Virus record (IMG/VR): IMGVR_UViG_3300010413_000004
Location: 52,803 to 116,802 of that record
Source of the DNA: a virus
Reading direction: 5' to 3' (one strand)
Length of the DNA: 64,000 bases
Positions 1-11,450 of the stretch are shown one piece after another. The stretch's first letter is position 1. Each line of letters begins with the position of its first letter. The notes under the pieces are model-generated. The model saw nothing but the letters and a program-made list of their open reading frames with translations, was not told the DNA's origin and ran no database searches. The position numbers were made by a program, and so were the translations under genes.

Positions 1-1
1 T

Positions 2-3000
2 TTGCAAGGATATATAACGAAGCCTAGTTGGTGGGATGCTCAATACTTGAATGATGATTCTAATAAGTGGGGCGATCGTACGTGGAAATACAAACATGGA
101 TTTGAATTGGTATCGACAAATGCCACAGAAGACTATATTGAGATTTTGGGAGACTTCAGAGAAGTATTCGCACCAACTCTAACAGTCCCTGCAGAGATGA
201 CAGGAAGTCCAAGTTCCTTCACTTTTACAGCAACGACTACAGATACCATCACTGGTGTTACGATCGGTGGTGTTGGAACGGCTGTATTGAATGTAAGTGG
301 AAACGTTACTAACAAATATGCAGTGGGCCGTAAACTGTCTGTGGTATCTTCATCGAATACAGTAACGAAGTTGGTAACCGTTAAGAGTAGAAGTTTCTCG
401 TCCACTCTAAACACAACTTACATTGTTGTTGAAGAAGCAATCGATTCTTCAACTGGAATTGATTTCGTTGGTACAATTTACGATCCTACAACAAATCGCC
501 TACGTGTAGATGTTACACAAAACCTAACAACGTCAGGTTGGACAGGTCGAGTATTAATCGCATATGGTATGTGGGAAAATATTCGTGTCGGTATTATCCC
601 AGCAGGAGAAACTTATTCCAATGGTATAACGAGCATCACTGGTAATCCTGCAACCGATAGTGCAACGTATAATCTACCAGTACCAATAATTCCAACTTAT
701 AATTACTTCAGTGTTAATGTGAGTAATGGCTCAGTGAGTTCTGATGGTGGTACAACAATATATTATTCAGATGATGTTCTTCCTCCTTACTGGGACTATA
801 CTGTGCAGTATGGTATTACTCCTCTGGCTATCGATTTAGTTGTTCGTTCTGTATTCCTTGCTTATGCTACCGAAATCGTTTCACCTGGTGCTGCATTTGT
901 ATTCGGTGATGCGGGCACAGTCGAATGGGAATGGAGAAATTCATCTCAGTACCTATACGATTTGCTGACTGTGTCATTCAGACTGGATCCTATTGCCTTC
1001 ATGTCTGATACGTTTGGTGCTGAAATAATTACTGTCAATGGACTGGAAGTTGACTTGGATAAAGAAAACGTTCCAAGTCACACAAGAACAACCTTCCATG
1101 GTGAAATTATTAATGATGCGCCTTATTTGACAGATAGTATTAATCAGTGGTATGTTGATTACAACAGATTCTCTGGATTGGACGTAAGCTCCTCAGATTT
1201 CCGTAACATGTGGACGCAGTGGACTGCTCCACTAACATATCAGTTTTCTTCTTTCATTGACACACCTTCATTGAGTGTCGGTCATCGTTACATTGATATA
1301 ACCAGTAATGATTACTCGCTAATAGCTAAAAAGTCTCCTGGTACAGAAGATTATTGGTTGGATGCATTCAATATATCATTTGCGAACGTTCCTCCAAAAG
1401 TGGTTCGTTACAATAATCAGTTGGATTGGAGAGTATCCATCAACACGAACTTGGATATTAGTAGAACAATAGAGTATTACGATGTTCGTAATTATCAATT
1501 CTACGCCGATCCTACCACTGACATATGTACGTTATACACATGGGAAATTGTAGACGCCTCTCTAATTAACAAGACATTTTCCGTCTCAGGTGACCAAACA
1601 CTTGTGTTTGCTGCGGGTCGCACATTTGCAGTAACAAATTCAACAGACAACGATGGTACATATACTGTAAAATCATCATCATATGATGTAGTATCTGATG
1701 CTACGATCATCGAGGTAGATGAGTCTTTGACGAGTTCATTCGTAACAGGATTTATTACTGCAAACTATAGAACTATTCCATGGTCAACAGGTGACGGAAT
1801 TTATCTATCGTCAACAGAAACTCTACCGATCCCTTTACTTGGTGACACTGTTAACGGTTTGACAAAATACTTCATCATTGTTGAGAGTGATACAACATTT
1901 AAGTTAGCTAGAACTTACCAAGACGCAATTGACGGTACAGCTATCGATCTTCTAACACCTGGTAAACGAGATCACTATATTGGGCAGGTTATCAATACAT
2001 TTAATGTAATAGATGGTCAGCAAAATATATTGTGGCGCCACTACGAGCTTGATACACAAAACGTACTTTCGTTTAATACACCCCATGATGTTCAAGGATT
2101 GCAAACAGTAATCAACATCATTGATGGTTACAGCAAGAAGAGATATGAAGAGGGTTGGAGAATCAACGATGAAAATAGCCAACTCGATCCTGTGTCTGGC
2201 CAAATCGTAACATGGCAGAGTGAAATAGAGCGATTTCTAACGAATGCGTTTAATCAGCGTGATCGTCGGTATGTTGTCACTAATCGTCACGAAGCAACAG
2301 TTGACGTTTTAACAAACGAGTGGACATTCGTTGATACGTCGGCTCAATATGTAACAGGCGATCGTGTGACAGTATTCTCCTCGAATGGTGCATACCCAAC
2401 CCCTATCGTTCGAGGCGTGTGGTATTACATTATTCGTGATACAGCCGATACGTTTAGATTAGCAGCATCATTGAGCGATGCTAACTCAGGAATTGAAATT
2501 AACGTTACAGATGCAACAAGTGTTGATAAGTTGTACATTACTTCGGCTTCTGAGAGTACTCCAATTTCATCACATGAGATTAATCCAATCAGACATGCTA
2601 TCTGGTTTAAACCTGCTCGTGGCATTGTGTCAAATGTCGTTGAGGGTCCAACCGAAGATGTAAGAGCGACTCAATTAATTTTCGATCAGTATGGTCGTCG
2701 TCTAGGTTCTGATACTTTACGAATCTTCCGTGAAGACACAAGAACTGCAATTAAGATGTTAGACAATATCGCAAATGATGTAAAACCATATAGCACCGAC
2801 CCACGTGATAATATTCATATGGGAGGGGCACATTTGTTTGTTGATTCATACGAGCAAGTGTTGAAGTTCGAAGATTACACAAGCGATGGTACTCTCATTT
2901 ACGATCCATTTATTGGTTTGAATCTAACCAAGTTTGAAATGTTGTTCAACCGCGATCTCAACTTTACGGGACGACCAAATGTTGGTGGTTACTACTTGGA

Positions 3001-6000
3001 AACGTTCCACAACCAAGAGCTAGAACTCAAGCGTAACATCGAGGCGGGGGTTGAAGACTTGCGTACAATGTACGATACGTATAGCGTACTAGAATCTTCT
3101 GACTTAGTATCACAAGCTCGAAAAGTATTGGGGTATGAAGGGCCAGCGGATTACCTACGAGACATTAACGTTAATGATAAATCGCAGTTCCTATTCTGGA
3201 AGGGAATGATACAACACAAAGGTTCCATAAATGCTGTTAACGCATTTATAAATTCTCATCGTTTTATTGAAGCTAACGTTGACGAATATTGGGCGTATAA
3301 AGTTGCATCATTTGGTTCGGCCAAGGAGAAAGAATATCCTGAACTGTATGTCACAGCTAACGATACGTTGGCGAATGACATTCGTCTTCAATTTACTAGT
3401 GATTTGGAGTCTCCTGATAGCACATTTATTGCTATCAGTGCATATGACGATCAACGTTGGTTCAACCAACCAGATCAGCTCCAGACACTATCTGACAATA
3501 ACAACACGCTATACTTTGATATTGTAGCGGACAACATGATTCCCGTCACAGTATCTTCGATTACGGGCTCTCCTGTTACACCAACTTCACCAGTAGACAA
3601 TCAGGGATTGGTGCTGGATGGCAACTTGTATGGAAGTCCACAAGCTGATGGAAACCATTATTTCTATCGTTGGAATAGTGTGTCGTCTGTGTGGGATCAG
3701 CACGGTTCGTGGGTAGCAGGTAACAATCCAGTTATCCGACATGACTTTGATGCAGATACTGTTTCATTGACGGTTCGTCGTTATGCAGAAGGTACGAAAA
3801 AATCGTATGCTGCTGCAGCTATAATAACATTAGCAGAAGAGTACATTCCGTTTACAAATAGTATTGAAGTGTTTAGACAGGGTCAGAAGTTGATCGCTGG
3901 AGTAGATTATAACGAAGTCCCTCCAGTAAGTGGATCGTTAACGTCTAGTAGCATTACATTAACTAACCCAACATCTTTGGGATCTCCTGATAATGTTGAA
4001 ATTGTATACACTACAGCAACGCTGATCAGAGGTATACACTTTGAGATGATTAACTCAAACATAATTCGTATTCTATTCCCAGCTCTTGTGAGTAGTACTT
4101 ACATCGACTTGAAAGTGTGGGGCTTGGATATTGATAAGGGAGCATTAGCTCCAGCTAAACTTATCGATAAGAAAGCTGAAGTAGTATTAACGACCATCCC
4201 AATGTGGGATCCAGCGCGAGGTTATCACTATCCTACAGCGTTCCAAAACGTTGATTTGGCGAATGACGTCGATCCAGCGAGGTATTCAGTTACGCCTCAG
4301 CAGAAGCAATCTGCGACGTTAGGTCATCCAGTGTTTGATCCATGGGGCAGCAAACAAGTCGGCAATACATGGTTGAATACATTTGATTTGAGTTACGTAC
4401 CTTATTATGATGAGCACATTATAACCAGTGTCGAAGATAGATTGCGCCAGTGGGGCCGACTATCAGATTGGTCCGACGTTGAGTTGTATGAGTGGATTAA
4501 ATCAGACGTACCCCCTGATCAATACGATACGATTGCTGCAATAGAAGAAGGTGATGCAACTATTGCTGAAAGTAAGCGTAAGTCAGGTAGAGCAAAGCAG
4601 ACACTATTTAAGAATGGTGGTGCATCTACTGAGGTACGAGCATTGACTAATACTGCGACTACTGGTCAAACAATAACTGGAAGTACGTCATTCAAAGATA
4701 CGAATGCTACGTTTATCAGTGATGAAGTTACTGTTGGTGACATTATTCGATTAACTGGTAGCAATACTGGCGATTGGAGAATAACAAGTGTGAGCGACAC
4801 AGAAGTAGTGTTGGATGCTACCGTACCGTTAGTTGGTGATACAAACATTTCTTACACAATATACAAGCCTATATGGACAATGATGCAAAATGTGTATGAT
4901 AAGCATGATGTTGTCATTTCGGGAACATTTGTCAGCAACGGGGTATATTCTTTTGTTACGAATATACCTGTTGGTGAGACGGTGAATGTATACGTGAACG
5001 GAATATTGTCACAAGAGAATGTTGTGGTGACTTCATCTCCTATTTCAGTAACATGCACAGAGAATGATATAGTGATATTTGCCAATCTACTACCAACCGA
5101 AGCTGAAATTACAGCTGGAGAGGCTGATGGTACTTTACTATATGACTACGAGTACACGACAGATATTGAAATTGACAAATTTGGAACATCACAAACAGTA
5201 TACTACTTCTGGGTTCGTCAAAAGAGCACTAAGGTTCAAGGCAAAAATCGAACGATGTCAAGCAAAGATACTGAAGCTGCTCTCAAGATAATTCCTTCGC
5301 CTTATATGTTCTTCCAGAAGACTATGGACAGCAACTGGCATCAGTATACGCAATCGTTTACATATGCTCCATCAGTATCGCCTTTGCCTGCATCAACTAC
5401 GTTTACAGTTGACCACATCATCCTATCGAATGTTGTTACAGTAACTATTGATGGGGTGGCTGTACCTGCTAATATCATCACAGTAGATGTTGACAACTAC
5501 ACGTTTAGTCTACCAACATCTCAACTATCTGTTGGTCAAATAGTTAAAATCGAGTATACTGGTTTGAATTATACTGAAAATAAAGATTTGCCAAGCAGAT
5601 TTGTACAGTCCGTCGTTCGAGGATTGCGTGGTTGGATAGATGATGACCGCCGATACACTGTACGGTTTACACGCGATTTTACTCTTCGTGATGATCTGAA
5701 TAAAGGAACATCATCTCTTGATCTCAAGAATAAACACGAAGAGTGGATAATGTTCCGGGAGCGTCAGCCATATCACATCGATCGTGTGCTTTGGGATAAA
5801 GTCACTGAAGCTATGGTTGGTTACAAAACATTGATAGATGGAACTATAGAACGAGTGCCATCATATGAAAGAGAACTGTATGATAGCAAATATGGTACTG
5901 ATACGCGTTATGGCTTAGGTGACAACCAAGCGATTGTTGATGGAAGTATGGCTCTAGACACTATTATTGCTGATTTGGAAAATCCAGATAATGTGTTCCA

Positions 6001-6238
6001 CCCAGTTGATATCAACACGTTCTTTGAGCAGCACAATTTTGATACAGATGCAGCAATAATTGAATCAATGGATGTGATTTACAACACGTTTGCGTACACT
6101 CATGTTAATAGAATGATGTTTTCTGTGCTACACGATGCTTTGTCACTCAAAACTAAATACCCCGACATACTGAAAACGTCGATGGTTTCGTTAAACGGCA
6201 TTAAGCCACTCCAAATATCAGGTATTTTTGATGACTAG
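2..6238 (+). CDS. Very large virion structural protein (baseplate/tail-associated), 5'-truncated by the window edge
   Basis: Open frame of at least 2078 aa; T/S/D/V-rich beta-type composition; repeated 'TFKLA/TFRLA' modules; lies in the structural cluster. Ends TAG-TAA. Confidence 0.7.
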   Translation: MQGYITKPSWWDAQYLNDDSNKWGDRTWKYKHGFELVSTNATEDYIEILGDFREVFAPTLTVPAEMTGSPSSFTFTATTTDTITGVTIGGVGTAVLNVSGNVTNKYAVGRKLSVVSSSNTVTKLVTVKSRSFSSTLNTTYIVVEEAIDSSTGIDFVGTIYDPTTNRLRVDVTQNLTTSGWTGRVLIAYGMWENIRVGIIPAGETYSNGITSITGNPATDSATYNLPVPIIPTYNYFSVNVSNGSVSSDGGTTIYYSDDVLPPYWDYTVQYGITPLAIDLVVRSVFLAYATEIVSPGAAFVFGDAGTVEWEWRNSSQYLYDLLTVSFRLDPIAFMSDTFGAEIITVNGLEVDLDKENVPSHTRTTFHGEIINDAPYLTDSINQWYVDYNRFSGLDVSSSDFRNMWTQWTAPLTYQFSSFIDTPSLSVGHRYIDITSNDYSLIAKKSPGTEDYWLDAFNISFANVPPKVVRYNNQLDWRVSINTNLDISRTIEYYDVRNYQFYADPTTDICTLYTWEIVDASLINKTFSVSGDQTLVFAAGRTFAVTNSTDNDGTYTVKSSSYDVVSDATIIEVDESLTSSFVTGFITANYRTIPWSTGDGIYLSSTETLPIPLLGDTVNGLTKYFIIVESDTTFKLARTYQDAIDGTAIDLLTPGKRDHYIGQVINTFNVIDGQQNILWRHYELDTQNVLSFNTPHDVQGLQTVINIIDGYSKKRYEEGWRINDENSQLDPVSGQIVTWQSEIERFLTNAFNQRDRRYVVTNRHEATVDVLTNEWTFVDTSAQYVTGDRVTVFSSNGAYPTPIVRGVWYYIIRDTADTFRLAASLSDANSGIEINVTDATSVDKLYITSASESTPISSHEINPIRHAIWFKPARGIVSNVVEGPTEDVRATQLIFDQYGRRLGSDTLRIFREDTRTAIKMLDNIANDVKPYSTDPRDNIHMGGAHLFVDSYEQVLKFEDYTSDGTLIYDPFIGLNLTKFEMLFNRDLNFTGRPNVGGYYLETFHNQELELKRNIEAGVEDLRTMYDTYSVLESSDLVSQARKVLGYEGPADYLRDINVNDKSQFLFWKGMIQHKGSINAVNAFINSHRFIEANVDEYWAYKVASFGSAKEKEYPELYVTANDTLANDIRLQFTSDLESPDSTFIAISAYDDQRWFNQPDQLQTLSDNNNTLYFDIVADNMIPVTVSSITGSPVTPTSPVDNQGLVLDGNLYGSPQADGNHYFYRWNSVSSVWDQHGSWVAGNNPVIRHDFDADTVSLTVRRYAEGTKKSYAAAAIITLAEEYIPFTNSIEVFRQGQKLIAGVDYNEVPPVSGSLTSSSITLTNPTSLGSPDNVEIVYTTATLIRGIHFEMINSNIIRILFPALVSSTYIDLKVWGLDIDKGALAPAKLIDKKAEVVLTTIPMWDPARGYHYPTAFQNVDLANDVDPARYSVTPQQKQSATLGHPVFDPWGSKQVGNTWLNTFDLSYVPYYDEHIITSVEDRLRQWGRLSDWSDVELYEWIKSDVPPDQYDTIAAIEEGDATIAESKRKSGRAKQTLFKNGGASTEVRALTNTATTGQTITGSTSFKDTNATFISDEVTVGDIIRLTGSNTGDWRITSVSDTEVVLDATVPLVGDTNISYTIYKPIWTMMQNVYDKHDVVISGTFVSNGVYSFVTNIPVGETVNVYVNGILSQENVVVTSSPISVTCTENDIVIFANLLPTEAEITAGEADGTLLYDYEYTTDIEIDKFGTSQTVYYFWVRQKSTKVQGKNRTMSSKDTEAALKIIPSPYMFFQKTMDSNWHQYTQSFTYAPSVSPLPASTTFTVDHIILSNVVTVTIDGVAVPANIITVDVDNYTFSLPTSQLSVGQIVKIEYTGLNYTENKDLPSRFVQSVVRGLRGWIDDDRRYTVRFTRDFTLRDDLNKGTSSLDLKNKHEEWIMFRERQPYHIDRVLWDKVTEAMVGYKTLIDGTIERVPSYERELYDSKYGTDTRYGLGDNQAIVDGSMALDTIIADLENPDNVFHPVDINTFFEQHNFDTDAAIIESMDVIYNTFAYTHVNRMMFSVLHDALSLKTKYPDILKTSMVSLNGIKPLQISGIFDD

Positions 6239-9200
6239 TAACATAAAGACGATCGATCCCGTACAGGGATTGATCGACTATGTCTTAGATATAAAACCAT
6301 ATCATACCAAAATCGTTGAGGTGTTGATAGATCACGTCGGTAGTGATACTGTAAATGTTATCATAGAAGATAGGCAGCAGTTAGATGTTGATATTTTATT
6401 CTTAGACGATTTTTATGAAGTACCACTGTGTGATGATGGTTACGGTACGCGATCGTTTGGAAGCTCGCGTAATTTTCCTATAACGTCTCCAAATCCAGGC
6501 ATATCCATCGAAAACTACCCAGCAATCAATACGACTACAAATGCTGTTATTATTCCTGGAGATGCTTCAGACGATCTTCTAATTGGAGCGTCGATGTATA
6601 TCGTGACGCAATTTGAGGACGCGATTCAAGGTGTTATCATTGGATCTTCAGGAAGTGGTGCTTTCATCTTATCTGGTGATAGAACTGTTGAGTTTAGCGG
6701 TGGATCTCCAACCAAGACGTTTACAGTAACTGACTCCTCGTCAAATGATGGTAGCTATGTAATATCTCACTCTGTTTACAGCCCAGGAACAGATACAACA
6801 GCAATATATGTAACTCAAACTGTATCAGCTTCTTATGATAGTGGGTTCATCATAACAAACGGTAACAATACAGGAACGTTTACAATATCGGCCGTGGAGT
6901 ATTCAGGTGGATCAATCGATTCGTGGTCTGATGTTACTGATCCGACAACTTTTTTGTTAGGAGATAACCCTTACACCACCGTTACCGTAAATGAAACACT
7001 AAATGCTATTCCTACACTATTTGCAAACCAATCTTATGTTGCATTTGCTTCTGTTGATGCCATCGAAATTATTGGTTCGTTATCCTATAGTAACTTTTTA
7101 GCGCGTTACACTTCAAGCCCTGTGGCTTACGAGCAGACGCCTGATGAAGGATATCTAACCAAAACTGTTGTTGGTATTACCCAATCTCAACTAGACGGAG
7201 CGAACGAGCCAATTCCAGGAACAGGAGCCTTTGTTGTACCTGGAAGTGTAAACGACAGTAACGTTTTTGTCGGTCAGACTTTTGAAGTAGTTAATTCACT
7301 CGAAAACAACGGTACATATACGATTGTTGATATAACATATGATTCAGTATTGGACACAACTGAATTTGTTGTAAATGAACCAGTTGGTAACTTAGTTGAT
7401 GGAGAAATCCGACTAAACATACCCGCAAACGTTTTAATAGTTAATGGTGACCACTCTTCCCAGTTTGTACAGGGAACGATTTTTGATATTGTTAGTGGTT
7501 CAATGATTGGAACTTATACTACCATAAAGTCGGAGTACATTCCTCTTGAAGATGTTACGTGGATACGTACACTAGAAGATGTGTTTGGTGGAGATTTTGG
7601 AGATAGTATTCTTGGTGTTACAAGTGGAGGTTCACCATTATTAAGCACGTTTACGGTTGGTGGGGACAAGACGTCCAAATATTATGCAGGCAGCAAATTT
7701 AACATTATTGGATCATCATTCAATGATGGAAAATATACTGTCGCAGCTGCAGGACCAACGTACGATATAATTACAAATACCACCGCCGTTCCTGTTACTG
7801 ATCTAATTAGCTTAACTGCTGATGGTTTCATTTATCCGTTTACATCTGGTTTCATCAAGTATCACGTAATGGGGTATGGTGATACTAGAGGAGTATGTCA
7901 ATATGTCCCAGGTACCACTGTCGCCGTTCAATTTAATGAGAAATTGACGTTCTCTGGTCTGGGATTGGATCTATCTGATGACATTATCGCATACAATTTA
8001 GAAAATTCAGATACATGGGGATTTGATTTACCTGCAAATACGATCTTTGGTTCAACATACCCACTGATTCCTGAGCAGACAACTGCTCCTTCGGCACCAG
8101 AGATAACAGATCTGTGGTTTGATACAACTACTAATACGTTTAGACAATGGAATGGTCGATCCTGGGACCGTGTAGTTCGAGTTTATTGGCACGATACAGT
8201 AAATTCATTATTATACTATCGAACAAAAAATGCTTACGTGGATACTGGGTGGGTACTAGATTTCCCTTCAGTGCCAGGTTATTCGGATGTTATTCCTGCG
8301 TCTAGTTCTATCGGTATTCTTGATTCAAAAGTATATTCAGCCACAGGTGATCCAAATGAAGTGTTCACACTTCCCACGCCAATTCCTTCAGTTGGTTCTC
8401 CTGCAGTATTTGATGCAGGCAATTTGGTAGTTAGAGTCAATGGTTTATCTGCAGCTGCTAACGCGTTAAATTCATCGGAGTTTACTGTAACCAGCCCCAT
8501 ACTTCAAAATGGTGATCTAGTATCAGCATATGTGTATGGTGATGTTGGACCTCGGACGAATGCATTTGTTGGAGTATATAATGCCGTTCCTCATGTAGTG
8601 TATCATCAAAACGTTACAATCGATACAGTTAATAACGCTTTTGTTGTCAATGGTGGTAACTTCATTGATAGATTTGTTCCAGCAAATACATTTACTGGAA
8701 TGGACGCCGACTATGGTCAAATTAAAGGTGAGTGGTTTGCCGATCGTATCGAAATCATCGATGTTAATGGTACGACTGGCGAAATAACTATTCCTGGTGA
8801 TTATGCGTGGCTGTTTACAAATGGGCGCGTATTTAGAGTTCAAAATACCACAACAAACAATAATGATTTTATTGTACAGTCTTCTGTTGCTGGTGGATCT
8901 CCAGTTACGACAACAATCACTGTAAGCAATCCTACTGTGACGGAATCGATTTTTTATAACAGAGGATTGCCTGTTATATCAATTGATAGTGCTACCGATT
9001 CGTTCGTTGTTAATGGTAATGTCGCTCAAGAATTCACATTAGGTCTTATAGTTGCAATATCAAATTCGGCAGTTGGCAACAATGGAAGTTGGGAAGTTGT
9101 GTCAGCGACGTATTCGGATATAAGTGGTCACACAACTGTAACAGTTGCTGGAGACATTCCTGCTGATGATGTTACAGGAAATGCGTTAGTCCAAACACCT

Positions 9201-11120
9201 ATTCCACAAATAATGTCTAGAGATTTGGGATCAATCATAGCAGCAGTATATGATCCAAGTGCAACATCTGGAACCTCAGCATATAATACAGGACAGCCAA
9301 AGACTGTTGTAGTTCCTGATCCAAGTACGTTACCTATCGATCCTACTGTGAACGGAATAACATACGACTGGCTCGGACCGCTCCGTATTGATACAAATAT
9401 GTTGCCTGTTGAAATAACAGACATGACTGTGTTGGATAGATTCGGAGCGTCAAATGAGTTGTTATCTGTTCCGAATAGAATTGCAATCTTGGATACGGAT
9501 GCTACAGCCAATACTTTTACTGTTAATTATACCGATCCAGTAACGGGTGTTCCCATTGATCTTGGTGATACGTTTGGACCAGGATATGTCTTTACTGTGG
9601 TGGACTCATACGCTGATAACAATGCTGACTCTTTCGAATCAAATGATGCGAAGTATGTTGTAACATCAACATATTTTGATTGGTCAGGCTCTCCTGTAAC
9701 AGGGACTGGTAACACAATAATTACTGTTAGCTCAGCCTTTACTGATATTCCACCATTCAGTAGTTTTGATATTGTCGGTATGACAATAGGAGCTGGTAGT
9801 CCGTTTAATGGTAATACAATAACGCTCTTAGGTGATCAGGTAGCGACAATATCCGCATTTCCAAATGGTTTGTTTAAACTAGATCAGCCAATAATTTCAA
9901 CAGATCCACGGTACAACATAATAACAGTAACGAACGTTTCGTTGGTAGGAGGGAACACTGTTCTCACCATTGATGAAAATATTATTGCACCATTGTACAC
10001 GGGAACAATTAATTTTGCTGACGCATCTTATAATGTGGGAATCCCATACGATGAAACCAACATTGGTGGATCGCCTCTGCGCGCGTGGTCTCATGGTGAT
10101 ATTCTTAGAGAAGTATTTGTCATTAACCAATCTTCTGCTGAGAATACAACATCTGCAGCAATAACAGACACCATTGATTTTGGTTGGGGGTCATATTATG
10201 ACATGGTTATTATTGGTACAAATTCTTTAGCTAGTACTGTGTATGTTGCAGGAGATACAACAGCAGTTGTCAACGTGAATGATGTTAGTAGCATAATTGG
10301 CTCTGCTGGCAACGATGGAACTTACGGTATCGTATCCGCGACATACGAAATCGCTTACAACCGAACTGCAATCGTATTGACGCCCACGTTACCTACTGAC
10401 CCAATTGGTTCGCCTGGACTGTATGGCATATTACGAATAGATAATATTGACGTAACAAGTTGGTTCCAGTATCTAATCAAAGAAATGAATGCATCTTCCA
10501 ACACAATTTTGGTTCTTGGTGATGCTACAACGGATATACAGGTGGGCCAGCAAGTTCGAGTTTTGGGAACTAAAGTGAACGATGGTATGTTTACAGTTTC
10601 CGGTGCTCCTGTTTTCGATAACGTTAATGAACAAACAACATTGCCAGTCACAGAATTGGTTAAATATAACGAGAGCACAATTACTGCAATTATAGGAACG
10701 GATACAATTCGAGTACAAGGCAATGCAGCACAGTCACTCGAAGGATCTGATGTCGTGTTCATTTCTTCATCTTTATTTAATGATGGTGTGTATATTGTAG
10801 TTGGTGTATCTTATGATAGCTATTACGATACCAGTGACATTACTGTTAGTGGAGGATCACCACTGTTGAATCCAACAGCCGATGGAACACTGATGTATTA
10901 TCAGCGTGGTGGTTGGACAGAAGCTTGGAGATATCAAGGAATTCATTTGGTATTTGAAGACGCACTTGGTCTTGAGGCAATCGAGAATGTGAGTGCAACC
11001 ATCGTGGCGGACGGTGGGGTGCTATCTAGCTCTTACGACTACCAATTCTGGGACGTTGGTTCATTTGACGAATCATTAGCTACGGTCATTCGACTATACA
11101 GTGGTACATTTTCAGCATAA
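6228..11120 (+). CDS. Large virion structural protein with repeated beta modules
   Basis: 1630 aa; N-terminal 'YVLDIKPYHTKI' motif of jumbo-phage baseplate proteins; about 10 repeats of 'S..NDG.Y.V....YD.....T.I.V'. Confidence 0.7.
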   Translation: MMTSNIKTIDPVQGLIDYVLDIKPYHTKIVEVLIDHVGSDTVNVIIEDRQQLDVDILFLDDFYEVPLCDDGYGTRSFGSSRNFPITSPNPGISIENYPAINTTTNAVIIPGDASDDLLIGASMYIVTQFEDAIQGVIIGSSGSGAFILSGDRTVEFSGGSPTKTFTVTDSSSNDGSYVISHSVYSPGTDTTAIYVTQTVSASYDSGFIITNGNNTGTFTISAVEYSGGSIDSWSDVTDPTTFLLGDNPYTTVTVNETLNAIPTLFANQSYVAFASVDAIEIIGSLSYSNFLARYTSSPVAYEQTPDEGYLTKTVVGITQSQLDGANEPIPGTGAFVVPGSVNDSNVFVGQTFEVVNSLENNGTYTIVDITYDSVLDTTEFVVNEPVGNLVDGEIRLNIPANVLIVNGDHSSQFVQGTIFDIVSGSMIGTYTTIKSEYIPLEDVTWIRTLEDVFGGDFGDSILGVTSGGSPLLSTFTVGGDKTSKYYAGSKFNIIGSSFNDGKYTVAAAGPTYDIITNTTAVPVTDLISLTADGFIYPFTSGFIKYHVMGYGDTRGVCQYVPGTTVAVQFNEKLTFSGLGLDLSDDIIAYNLENSDTWGFDLPANTIFGSTYPLIPEQTTAPSAPEITDLWFDTTTNTFRQWNGRSWDRVVRVYWHDTVNSLLYYRTKNAYVDTGWVLDFPSVPGYSDVIPASSSIGILDSKVYSATGDPNEVFTLPTPIPSVGSPAVFDAGNLVVRVNGLSAAANALNSSEFTVTSPILQNGDLVSAYVYGDVGPRTNAFVGVYNAVPHVVYHQNVTIDTVNNAFVVNGGNFIDRFVPANTFTGMDADYGQIKGEWFADRIEIIDVNGTTGEITIPGDYAWLFTNGRVFRVQNTTTNNNDFIVQSSVAGGSPVTTTITVSNPTVTESIFYNRGLPVISIDSATDSFVVNGNVAQEFTLGLIVAISNSAVGNNGSWEVVSATYSDISGHTTVTVAGDIPADDVTGNALVQTPIPQIMSRDLGSIIAAVYDPSATSGTSAYNTGQPKTVVVPDPSTLPIDPTVNGITYDWLGPLRIDTNMLPVEITDMTVLDRFGASNELLSVPNRIAILDTDATANTFTVNYTDPVTGVPIDLGDTFGPGYVFTVVDSYADNNADSFESNDAKYVVTSTYFDWSGSPVTGTGNTIITVSSAFTDIPPFSSFDIVGMTIGAGSPFNGNTITLLGDQVATISAFPNGLFKLDQPIISTDPRYNIITVTNVSLVGGNTVLTIDENIIAPLYTGTINFADASYNVGIPYDETNIGGSPLRAWSHGDILREVFVINQSSAENTTSAAITDTIDFGWGSYYDMVIIGTNSLASTVYVAGDTTAVVNVNDVSSIIGSAGNDGTYGIVSATYEIAYNRTAIVLTPTLPTDPIGSPGLYGILRIDNIDVTSWFQYLIKEMNASSNTILVLGDATTDIQVGQQVRVLGTKVNDGMFTVSGAPVFDNVNEQTTLPVTELVKYNESTITAIIGTDTIRVQGNAAQSLEGSDVVFISSSLFNDGVYIVVGVSYDSYYDTSDITVSGGSPLLNPTADGTLMYYQRGGWTEAWRYQGIHLVFEDALGLEAIENVSATIVADGGVLSSSYDYQFWDVGSFDESLATVIRLYSGTFSA

Positions 11121-11134
11121 TTAACAGCTTAAAA

Positions 11135-11142
11135 TATAAATA
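11135..11142 (+). promoter_or_regulatory. T4-type late promoter (TATAAATA)
   Basis: Exact T4 gp55 late promoter consensus upstream of the 11178 and 11451 genes. Confidence 0.65.
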
Positions 11143-11177
11143 CAGCCAACAATTTAGTTTTCGAGGTAGAAGTAACA

Positions 11178-11414
11178 GTGGAAAAGTTTAGGACATCTGA
11201 TATCGTTTTAGCAGCATGTTTGCGTTTGAAAGAGATCGAAATGATCGACATTGAGCTAATCGGCAACAAGGGAACATTCGTGTTTGCTAACGTTGATCCA
11301 AATGTTATTAATGAATATGACCTTGGTCGGAGCTCAGTTGAGCCAGTATCGTTTAATAATGCGATCAAGCAATTAACAACAAGCGTTAAGAGAATGACTC
11401 AACGCACCAGGTAA
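11178..11414 (+). CDS. DUF5659-like small protein
   Basis: 'FRTSDIVLAACL...GTFVF' pattern; GAGG Shine-Dalgarno before a GTG start. Confidence 0.55.
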   Translation: MEKFRTSDIVLAACLRLKEIEMIDIELIGNKGTFVFANVDPNVINEYDLGRSSVEPVSFNNAIKQLTTSVKRMTQRTR

Positions 11415-11450
11415 CATAAGTACTAGAGCAATATAATAGGGAGTTAATCC

